This document shows positions 16,213-23,671 of a stretch of DNA of 32,000 nucleotides, piece by piece. The DNA comes from Nitrosopumilus sp. (GTDB lineage Archaea; Thermoproteota; Nitrososphaeria; Nitrososphaerales; Nitrosopumilaceae), in contig NZ_JAILWC010000001.1 of the NCBI RefSeq assembly GCF_025699125.1, positions 382,204 to 414,203 on the forward strand, in the 5' to 3' direction. The notes under the pieces are model-generated. The model was not told the DNA's origin, did no database searches, and worked only from the letters and a program-made list of their open reading frames with translations. Position 1 is the stretch's first letter; each line of letters begins with the position of its first letter. The position numbers and the translations under genes were made by a program.

Positions 16213-17095
16213 TAGATTTTCACCAAAACCCTGGTGTCTTGCCAAGTATTATGATTTAGACGCAACTGTATCACGAAATACTCAGTGTTAATTCGTGTAA
16301 TTAAGGAATAAAGTAGTTGATTTCATTTAGCCCAAAGTCAATTGTCGATGATCATATTGTTTGAGAATCCAATGTACGAATTCATGATAACTCTACTAAT
16401 TGCCTAGGGGGCAGATCCGCCTTTGTGCAATTTTTAGATTCATAAGAAATTACAATAACTATTTTTAACGAACATTTGGATTTCATGCTGATTCCATTAT
16501 GCATGTAGGAATCATTTTGAGAACATAAATAAAAAAGAAAAAGATTACACTAGAAATAAATTATTTAGTTTTATCTTTTTCAGATTTCTTTGCTTCTTTT
16601 TTTGCTTTGTTTGAGGTTTTACTCATGACGTGCCATCTGGAAACAAGTAAATGAAGTAAAGCCTAATTGACTTTATTCAGAACTAGGACAACCAAATATC
16701 TTGAATTTACAAATTCTTGTTTGCAGTTGGTTACCGGTAATGCAGATTGTGATAGTAAAACTTTGAGAACAAATCATTCATCTTGTTTAAATTCAAGAAT
16801 TCCAACCCACATCTACTATGAGTTATCAATATGATGACGACAATGATGACGTAGATTACGACTCTGACTATGATGAGGATTAACCGTCCTCTCATTTTCT
16901 TTTTTTAGGATCTTGACTTTCTCGTAGTTTGGTTTTCTGATTCTCTATTCATTTTGAGGATCCTTGTTTTGCTAAAAGCGAGGTTTCCAGGTTAGAGTCT
17001 TACGGTTTTTCTAAACTCTAGGTAAATTGCCTTTTGGTTATGGAATCGATCGTGATAATTTGCTAGATTATGACATATTGCAAATAATTTGAGGA

Positions 17096-17162
17096 ATAAA
17101 TGGAAAAATCTCCATTTATTTTTCAAAAGCCAGGCACGAATTAAATGGAGATAAATGGAGAT
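17096..17162. repeat. Cluster of AAATGGAGA motifs (inverted pair plus direct tandem pair)
   Basis: ATAAATGGA (17096-17104) and TCCATTTAT (17111-17119) form a perfect 9-bp inverted repeat. TCTCCATTT lies at 17109-17117. AAATGGAGAT AAATGGAGAT is tandem at 17143-17162. Confidence 0.6.
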
Positions 17163-17304
17163 GAAATTTTTTTAAAAAATATCTGAAAATATGATTTTCA
17201 TATAAAATAACATCAGATTCAATGAAAAATGGAAGAAAAGAGGATTTGGAAAATTAGGATCTAAAACTATTGAGCATCTTGACACTATAGAAAGAGATGG
17301 TAAA

Positions 17305-17517
17305 TTGTATCAAGTGATGAAAATACTGCGGGTCAACAGATTACGAAGTTCTATTTTATCTGGAGACATATCTCAAATTGGGAAATTTAATGTAATTGAG
17401 AGAATGGTGAATCTAAATGCAGATAATAAGAGAATGTGGTTTGAAAAAATCATCAACATAAATAGAAACAAGATGATAAAATCAATGCCTTTATCAATGA
17501 ATTATCATACAATATGA
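17305..17517 (+). CDS. Hypothetical small protein (weak call)
   Basis: 70-aa ORF with a TTG start. The frame stays open upstream to 17206 without an ATG. Its stop lies 1 nt before the next ORF start. No family recognised. Confidence 0.3.
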   Translation: MYQVMKILRVNRLRSSILSGDISQIGKFNVIERMVNLNADNKRMWFEKIININRNKMIKSMPLSMNYHTI

Positions 17518-17518
17518 T

Positions 17519-17808
17519 ATGAATAAAAACCAGAAAAAGATTTTAGAATATTTATCTAAAAAAGATGCTTCAACATTTACCGCTCTTGAAGAAATTGCAA
17601 AACATATAGTACTTGGAGAAACTGATACTGGCTCTGAATGTTACAAATTACGAGAAGATAAATTTTTAGCGCCGAACCAAAAACAGATTCTAAAAAAATG
17701 GGACGTCTGATAGATCATGGAATGTTATTACTTCATAACAATTATTCTCCAGATAAGAGAGGTTATGTTACAGAAAAATCTGAAGGTTGGCTTGATTTAG
17801 ATTATTGA
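17519..17808 (+). pseudogene. Winged-helix DNA-binding protein gene interrupted by a frame change at an A7 run (frameshifted gene, programmed -1 frameshift or homopolymer error)
   Basis: ORF1 (17519..17710, 63 aa) and a -1-frame ORF (17698..17808, MGRLIDHGMLLLHNNYSPDKRGYVTEKSEGWLDLDY) join at A_AAA_AAA (17692-17698). The joined product is a 96-aa wHTH-like protein. Confidence 0.5.
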
Positions 17809-17985
17809 ACACTTTCCAACAAACAAACTTACATCATAATGCTAGTCATTACCAAAATTCCACGCACAAAGCGGGGGGCATTCTATTTTTACTCTTTGTA
17901 GATGAACTTGTTAACCCTTTGGCATGAAAATAAATTAAAAATTCATTCATGACGGATTCTCAGTATTTTTTACACTAGTCACAGA

Positions 17986-19131
17986 TTAGCTAGTCTGCAT
18001 AGACACCAGTAATGGATCTGGCTTGTAAAACTCTCCATGCTCTGCTGCAAGTTTGTTTAATTCATCGACAATGTTTTTGATGCCGATCTCTTTTGCAGTT
18101 TCAAACAATGGTTTTTTCAGACCCAGTCCCAACTGAGCTGCCTTTTCAATCTCCTCTATGTCACTTGCACCGTTAGTCACAAGCCAAGCGGCATTGTTAA
18201 TAATATTTGCAACAAGTTGAATGGGATTGCATTTTTGTGCAAGTTTTTCTGAAAGCGCAACCCTCTCATATTTGTCATCAGAATACTTGTAAAACCCTTC
18301 TCCTGATTTTTGCCCCAGTTTTTTCTCATCAAACATTTTTTCAACTAGCGGATGTGGATTGATCACTTTTTTGTCTCGTAGATGCATCTCGACTGTTGCT
18401 TTGTGAATTACATCCATTCCCGTAAAATCTGCCAGCTCAAAAATTCCCATTGGAAATCCCAGTTTGAATTTAACAGCAGAGTCTATCTCCTCAAGGGTTG
18501 CACCTGTTCTGTCTTTGACAAAACATGCTTCATGAACCATTGGGATGAACAATCTATTTATGATAAATCCTGGAACGTCCTTTCTACATAGTACGGCAAC
18601 TTTGTTAACCGATTTGACATATTCTTGAGTTAAATCCGTGATTTTTTGAGATGTTTTTTCTCCTGGGATTATTTCTACCAGCTTCATTAACTGTGGTGGG
18701 TTGAAGAAATGGATTCCTATGAATTTGTCTGGGCGCGATGTTGTGTTTGCAATTTCGGTGATTGGCAACGTACTTGTGTTTGATGCAAAGATTACCTCTG
18801 GGGCTGCAACTTTGTCCAGTTCTGCATAAACTGTTTTCTTCAAGTCCATTATTTCGGGAACTACCTCGATTACTAGTTCTGCGTCTTTTACTGCTTCTGC
18901 CAAATCCACAATTGGCTTTATTCTTGCAAAAATTGAATCTCCTTCATCTTTTGAAATTTTTTCTTTTGATACCAGTTTGTCTAGGCTCCATTTTATCTTC
19001 TCCATGGCTTTGTCTAAAAATTCCTGTTTGATGTCTCGTAAAACTACATTATATCCTGCTGTTGCAGAAACTTGGGCTATGCCGTGACCCATTACACCAG
19101 ATCCTAAAACTGTGATATTTTTTATTGACAC
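17986..19131 (-). CDS. hbd: 3-hydroxyacyl-CoA (3-hydroxybutyryl-CoA) dehydrogenase, NAD-binding
   Basis: 381 aa with a GTG start. Rossmann motif VLGSGVMGHGIAQV. Typical 3HCDH blocks are present (IEVVPE, FASNTSTLPI, GIHFFNPP, PGFIINR). The extra C-terminal helical domain is as in the thaumarchaeal enzyme. Confidence 0.9.
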   Translation of the reverse strand: MSIKNITVLGSGVMGHGIAQVSATAGYNVVLRDIKQEFLDKAMEKIKWSLDKLVSKEKISKDEGDSIFARIKPIVDLAEAVKDAELVIEVVPEIMDLKKTVYAELDKVAAPEVIFASNTSTLPITEIANTTSRPDKFIGIHFFNPPQLMKLVEIIPGEKTSQKITDLTQEYVKSVNKVAVLCRKDVPGFIINRLFIPMVHEACFVKDRTGATLEEIDSAVKFKLGFPMGIFELADFTGMDVIHKATVEMHLRDKKVINPHPLVEKMFDEKKLGQKSGEGFYKYSDDKYERVALSEKLAQKCNPIQLVANIINNAAWLVTNGASDIEEIEKAAQLGLGLKKPLFETAKEIGIKNIVDELNKLAAEHGEFYKPDPLLVSMQTS

Positions 19132-19154
19132 TGATTCTAAAAAATTGAGTATCC

Positions 19155-19161
19155 TTTATAA
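19155..19161. promoter_or_regulatory. Single TATA-like element at the centre of a 54-bp divergent intergenic region
   Basis: TTTATAA (19155-19161) lies 27 bp from the hbd GTG (19131, minus) and 28 bp from the ATG at 19186 (plus). Confidence 0.4.
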
Positions 19162-19185
19162 TGTATTTCAAAATTTTATTATCTT

Positions 19186-19353
19186 ATGGGTTTGTTCAAA
19201 CGTAAGAAAGACGATAAAAACAAGACAAAATGCGATGTCTGTGGAACTGATTTGTATGATCCTGAACGATTGAAAAAACACCTGAAAAAAGCACATGGAA
19301 ACGTACCTGCAAAGAAGTTGGATCCGAATGCAGGTGACGGTGGAACTTGGTAG
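19186..19353 (+). CDS. Small C2H2 zinc-finger protein (55 aa), absent from the ORF track
   Basis: My own translation is MGLFKRKKDDKNKTKCDVCGTDLYDPERLKKHLKKAHGNVPAKKLDPNAGDGGTW*. It has one CxxC-x12-H-x4-H finger. A TATA-like box lies about 28 bp upstream. Confidence 0.65.
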   Translation: MGLFKRKKDDKNKTKCDVCGTDLYDPERLKKHLKKAHGNVPAKKLDPNAGDGGTW

Positions 19354-19354
19354 C

Positions 19355-19633
19355 ATGGAACTAAGTTCTGGTCGGAAAGCTATCCTTGTTTTTGTTGGTG
19401 CATTTGTTGCTGCAGGAATTGTTCTATCCACTATGGTTTTTCCATTTTGGAATCTAATTCGTGAAGATGTGTTTGAAGAAGTGGTGATTTTGACAAATGA
19501 TAACGGAGTGTGCTATGTTGAAACTTCTGATAACATTCCAAAAACCATTGAAAATTGCACCCTTGACTCTGGTGATAAAGCTACTATCAAGTTTGGCAAT
19601 GGACTTGCTTGGGCTACGATAGTTGCCCCGTAA
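19355..19633 (+). CDS. Small membrane-anchored protein (hypothetical)
   Basis: The likely start is Met21 of track ORF 19295..19633 (MELSSGRKAILVFVGAFVAAGIVLSTMVF...), 1 nt after the C2H2 ORF stop. It has an N-terminal TM helix. Confidence 0.55.
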   Translation: MELSSGRKAILVFVGAFVAAGIVLSTMVFPFWNLIREDVFEEVVILTNDNGVCYVETSDNIPKTIENCTLDSGDKATIKFGNGLAWATIVAP

Positions 19634-19670
19634 TCGATGATTTAATATTTTGAAAATATGCTAAAAACAC

Positions 19671-20078
19671 ATGGACTGTATTTTCTGTAAAATCATCTCT
19701 GGTGACATCCCTGCCAAAATCATTAAAGAAACAAGCTCTTCTATATCGTTTTTAGATGCATTTCCTCTTGCAAAGGGTCATGTACTTGTAATTCCAAAAA
19801 ACCATCATCAAAAAATTCAGGATATGAGCGAAAAAGAAAACTCTGATTTGTTTTCTCTTGTACATTCTATGATTTCAAAGGTTGACTCTATTACCGGTTC
19901 CACTTTACTTGCGGTGCATAACGGTAAAGATGCGGGACAGGAAGTGCCACATGTTCATGTACATTTAGTTCCGAGAAGCAAAGATGATTCTGCAGGAGCA
20001 ATTCATTCCATGTTTAGTAATTCATTGAAACTATCTGACTCTGAAATAGATGAGATATATGAAAAATTAAAAGTCTAA
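19671..20078 (+). CDS. HIT-family (histidine triad) nucleotide hydrolase/transferase
   Basis: 135 aa. The N-terminal CIFCKI and the histidine-triad motif HVHVHLVP are present. Confidence 0.9.
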   Translation: MDCIFCKIISGDIPAKIIKETSSSISFLDAFPLAKGHVLVIPKNHHQKIQDMSEKENSDLFSLVHSMISKVDSITGSTLLAVHNGKDAGQEVPHVHVHLVPRSKDDSAGAIHSMFSNSLKLSDSEIDEIYEKLKV

Positions 20079-20791
20079 TACGGATACAATCTTTCATTTG
20101 AATCTATATTTTCAACGATGATTGCTTTTGTCGGACATGTCTCAGCCGCATTCATAATTTTGTTTACTCCGGCACCCTTTTGATTAATCACCGAGGATTT
20201 TGGATTTGACCTGCTTTCTTTATTGATTTCAAACACGTCTGGAGCTATCATTTCACAGCTACAACATCCAATACATCGGCTTTTGTCTACATCTACGAAA
20301 AGATTTGGTTGTTTTTTGGGTTCTTGCGCTTTTTCGTATTCCCCGTTTCTCCCGTCTGGACGAACCCGTGCATTATACTCCTCCCAAAATTTTCGCTCAT
20401 ACTCTTTCCAAAAATCAGGATCTCCTTCTTCGAACTCACGAGTGTATTTACTCCAATCTTGTTCTGGAATGCCTCCGTCATCTGGTGCTCCCCATTGTGG
20501 CTTTTTCTTGTATCGTGTTTTGGTGTTTGGTTTTTCTGCATGTTTTTCCTGTGGTGAACTGTTTTGATGATTGTGGTTTTTCTTCAAAAAATTATAGGCC
20601 TCTGTAATTTTTTTAAATTCCGTGTCACTTACTGCATTTTTATTTTTGTCAGGATGCCATTCTAGTGCCAGCTTTCTGTATGCTGCCTTGATCTCGTCTT
20701 GTGATGAATCCTGATTCACATTCAATACCTTGATTGCCTGATATGTGTTCACTGAAGATAGAGATTTGTCATATGATAAAAATAATTGCAA
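20075..20791 (-). CDS. J-domain protein fused to a C-terminal single-cluster ferredoxin domain
   Basis: J-domain: IKAAYRKLALEWHPDKN. C-terminus: CIGCCSCEMIAPDVF...AETCPTKAI (CxxCxxC...CP). TTG start. Confidence 0.85.
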   Translation of the reverse strand: MQLFLSYDKSLSSVNTYQAIKVLNVNQDSSQDEIKAAYRKLALEWHPDKNKNAVSDTEFKKITEAYNFLKKNHNHQNSSPQEKHAEKPNTKTRYKKKPQWGAPDDGGIPEQDWSKYTREFEEGDPDFWKEYERKFWEEYNARVRPDGRNGEYEKAQEPKKQPNLFVDVDKSRCIGCCSCEMIAPDVFEINKESRSNPKSSVINQKGAGVNKIMNAAETCPTKAIIVENIDSNERLYPY

Positions 20792-20806
20792 CGATGTTGG
20801 CTTCTT

Positions 20807-21169
20807 TTATTCCAGTATTTCCTCATTTTCTGCTTTCCATGCAGGTTCGACAATGCACAAAAACCTCAAATTCTCTGATCCCGTGTTTTTAATGCATTGC
20901 TTGGAATTTGGCGCAACATACACTGAATCATCTTTTTCAAGCTCATACGCCTCCTCGTCCACATTCAGTCTTGCATTCCCATCCAAAATGTAATAAATTT
21001 CAGATGATGCAAGTTTGTGAAGTTTGGAACTTTTTCCAGGCTTTAATGTGAATTGTGCCACGCTGTAATTAATCCCACTTAGTGTGTTATGTGGATGAAA
21101 ATACTGCTTGATTTTGGTTCCCTCATTTCCGTCAATAGGTTGAATCTCAGAATTTTTTCGTAATGACAT
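20807..21169 (-). CDS. Cupin-domain protein
   Basis: 120 aa with a cupin_2-like core (LKPGKSSKLHKLASSEIYYILDGNARL...DDSVYVAPNSKQCIKNTG). Confidence 0.8.
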   Translation of the reverse strand: MSLRKNSEIQPIDGNEGTKIKQYFHPHNTLSGINYSVAQFTLKPGKSSKLHKLASSEIYYILDGNARLNVDEEAYELEKDDSVYVAPNSKQCIKNTGSENLRFLCIVEPAWKAENEEILE

Positions 21170-21172
21170 TGT

Positions 21173-21628
21173 CTATATTATTTCTGAAACTTTGGATTTG
21201 AAATCTGATTCATACCATGTTGTTTTGTATGATGCATTTTTTTTAGGCAATATGTTTATTGCAATGTGAGAGAATGTCTTTTTCTTGTCAACTGAGCCGT
21301 GAGTATGTAGTACATTTGCAGGAATGTGCACGACATCTCCTTCATTAAGTGATATTTTCTCTGTTCGTTTAATCTTGAAATTGGTTTTAGATGTGCCGTA
21401 TTTTTTAAAAATCTCGAGACTTCCATTCCCTTTAACTGCAATTAATACTTGATTTCCATCATGCTGATGGAGTTTGGTTCTGGAACCTTTTTCAAAATGA
21501 ACATGATAAATGTCTTGATCCTTTGATTTGATTTTCTCAGATATTACTTTCATCCATGTTTTACCTGTAAACCAATCTGGATTTACCTTTCTTTGGTCCC
21601 CTGTTCCAAAAATATTCGCTTTCTTCAT
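21173..21628 (-). CDS. Cupin-domain protein
   Basis: 151 aa with a cupin core (HFEKGSRTKLHQHDGNQVLIAVKGNG...GDVVHIPANVLHTHG). It lies in tandem with the preceding cupin gene. Confidence 0.75.
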   Translation of the reverse strand: MKKANIFGTGDQRKVNPDWFTGKTWMKVISEKIKSKDQDIYHVHFEKGSRTKLHQHDGNQVLIAVKGNGSLEIFKKYGTSKTNFKIKRTEKISLNEGDVVHIPANVLHTHGSVDKKKTFSHIAINILPKKNASYKTTWYESDFKSKVSEII

Positions 21629-21629
21629 T

Positions 21630-22004
21630 TTAAATTCTACTCAAAATCTTCTTTTTCTTTTCTTGGAACTCTTTTTCAGTAAGGACTCCTGATTTTCTTA
21701 ATTTTCCAAGTTTTTCAAGCAATCTCAAATCTTCTTCTGAACTCGATGTCATTTTTTTTGCAGACAAAATCCCTTCGTTTATTCTTTCAATACTTTTCTT
21801 TTGTAAAATTTCACTTTCTTTTCGTGCTTTCTCGCTGAATTCTTTGCTCGCTTTAGAAGCTTGTTTTGCAGTGATTTCTCCTAATTCTACTGCTTCATCT
21901 AAAACATCGTCAGCCTTTTTGATTCCTTCTTGGATTGCCTTGTCTGCTCTTCTGAGAAATTTATCGATATATCCGCCTTTTTTTGATTTCTTTGAGGTTC
22001 CCAT
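21630..22004 (-). CDS. Helical protein with a C-terminal SHOCT-like domain
   Basis: 124 aa. The C-terminal LEKLGKLRKSGVLTEKEFQEKKKKIL matches the SHOCT (short C-terminal) motif. Confidence 0.6.
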   Translation of the reverse strand: MGTSKKSKKGGYIDKFLRRADKAIQEGIKKADDVLDEAVELGEITAKQASKASKEFSEKARKESEILQKKSIERINEGILSAKKMTSSSEEDLRLLEKLGKLRKSGVLTEKEFQEKKKKILSRI

Positions 22005-22067
22005 GAGTTTTTAATAATTTCAAATCTATTATTTCTTTCTTAGTCGAATTGGTTTAATAGCCTGGAT

Positions 22068-22790
22068 TTGTTAGAAAGAGTGATTTTGACAAACGACTAT
22101 GATGTAAAGACTGTTGTGATAAGAAAAAACCTTGAAGAGGAGGATGCGCTGAAACTAGTGGAGCAAAAGAAAACAGACCCTTTCAAATCATTATTGTCCA
22201 GACCAAAAAAAGAGGACATTCATATCGATTCTCTAAAGTTGTGCTACGAGTCTTCCTTGATAGTATCAGGCAAGTACTCTGCAAATTATTTTAGAAAAGC
22301 CATCCATTCAATCGATGTTGACTCAAATGTACATGGCGTGGTTTTAGGAGATGCTGTCTTTCCAGTTCGCTCAAAATCTGGCCTGGAAAAGGCATTTGTT
22401 GGAAAAAAAGGAAAAAACAAAGTTGACTTGAGTTTAGAGGAACATGTTTTTGTTGAAGAAGAAGATGAGTTGACATTTGATCATCATGGACTTGAAATAG
22501 AGTTGCCATTTAAAATTGATTCAAAAACTATAGAGAATTATCCTAAAAAAATTCTGGAAGGCGGTTCGTCTGTAATACGAAAGCCTGAATTTTCTTATGA
22601 TTCTGTGATAGACAAACTTCAGTTTCATCTAAAAAAACCAATGGAGGGAGATGTCCGTGATCTGAAAGATGAATTCGTCTTGCATGATATTACAGAGGTG
22701 TACATTCCAATTTTTGAGGCAAGATTATCTGATCTTAAAAAGAAAGTTGAGATTATTCGAATTGACGCAGTAAGAAAAAAAATTCTATAA
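22068..22790 (+). CDS. Hypothetical protein
   Basis: 240-aa ORF with a TTG start. No recognisable motif. Confidence 0.55.
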   Translation: MLERVILTNDYDVKTVVIRKNLEEEDALKLVEQKKTDPFKSLLSRPKKEDIHIDSLKLCYESSLIVSGKYSANYFRKAIHSIDVDSNVHGVVLGDAVFPVRSKSGLEKAFVGKKGKNKVDLSLEEHVFVEEEDELTFDHHGLEIELPFKIDSKTIENYPKKILEGGSSVIRKPEFSYDSVIDKLQFHLKKPMEGDVRDLKDEFVLHDITEVYIPIFEARLSDLKKKVEIIRIDAVRKKIL

Positions 22791-22815
22791 TGGAACTCTA
22801 GATTTATCTGATGAA

Positions 22816-23637
22816 TTACATCTTCACAATTTTTCTAAACTCGTCATTGGCGTGAAATTTCTCAAAAGCTTTTTCCTCTTTTGCCCATGAGCGAATAGTT
22901 TTCGGATTCTTTGCAACTGCCTGTTTTAATAGTCCTAATGCTTCAGGATCCATTCCAAGTTCAGCTTTACTTCTTGATTTTGCATAAATGATGTTGACGT
23001 TGTCTTTGTGTTTTGATAAGATTTTGTCAAATATTTCAATTGCGTTTTCATGTTTGCCTAACTCTGCTAACTCTATCCCTTTGTGGAAAAACGCATCCAT
23101 GTGACTAGGATTGTTTTTGTAAACTTTGTCAAAACAATTCAGTGCCTCCTCATGCCTTTTTATTTTCCCTAGGATGATTCCCTTGTAGAATAATGCATTT
23201 GGTTTTCTTGGCTCAATCATGATTGCTTTGTCTAACACTTGCAATGCCTCCTCATGTTCCTTTAGTTTGTCGAGTAGCACCCCTTTGTTAAAATAAGATG
23301 CAGCATGTTTTGGGTCTGCTTCTATTGCTTTGTCGTAACATTCTGCTGCGTCTTGAATGTTGCCCATCTCGGCCATTGCTATTCCCTTGTTGTTGTATGC
23401 TTGAGCGTCTTTTGGATTGATCTCTAGTAATTTGTCAAAACACGTGATTGCATCACTGTATTTTTTTATCTGGTTCAGTGCTAGTCCTTTGTTAAATATT
23501 GCTGAGGTGTTTTCTGGTTCTTGCTTTATCACTTTGTTAAACAACGAGATGGCTCCCTTTGGTTGGTTTTTCTCAATTAGTGACATTGCATTATACATCA
23601 GATCCTCTGAATTCTCTTTTCCACCAAACAATCCCAT
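22816..23637 (-). CDS. Tetratricopeptide-repeat (TPR) protein
   Basis: 273 aa with about 7 consecutive 34-aa TPR units (repeated A..YNNKG.AL...G..EEA...FDKAI..NP pattern). Confidence 0.9.
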   Translation of the reverse strand: MGLFGGKENSEDLMYNAMSLIEKNQPKGAISLFNKVIKQEPENTSAIFNKGLALNQIKKYSDAITCFDKLLEINPKDAQAYNNKGIAMAEMGNIQDAAECYDKAIEADPKHAASYFNKGVLLDKLKEHEEALQVLDKAIMIEPRKPNALFYKGIILGKIKRHEEALNCFDKVYKNNPSHMDAFFHKGIELAELGKHENAIEIFDKILSKHKDNVNIIYAKSRSKAELGMDPEALGLLKQAVAKNPKTIRSWAKEEKAFEKFHANDEFRKIVKM

Positions 23638-23671
23638 GATTTTTACAAAATGATACTGCTAATTACTTTTT

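Noticed and set aside
16637-16990. CTGGAAAC (16637-16644) and its reverse complement GTTTCCAG (16983-16990), reminiscent of archaeal ORB/mini-ORB cores, suggesting a replication origin in the low-coding region
   Set aside because: An 8-bp inverted pair 346 bp apart is expected by chance many times in 1.7 kb. There is no G-string element, no multiple ORB copies and no adjacent orc1/cdc6 gene. A Z-curve/GC-skew analysis of the whole genome would be needed to revive the idea.
20223-20607. Four mutually overlapping ORFs (82-114 aa) on both strands across the J-domain protein linker
   Set aside because: All overlap the well-supported J-domain/ferredoxin CDS. They arise from the stop-poor, repetitive W/E/K-coding linker, and their products are low-complexity.
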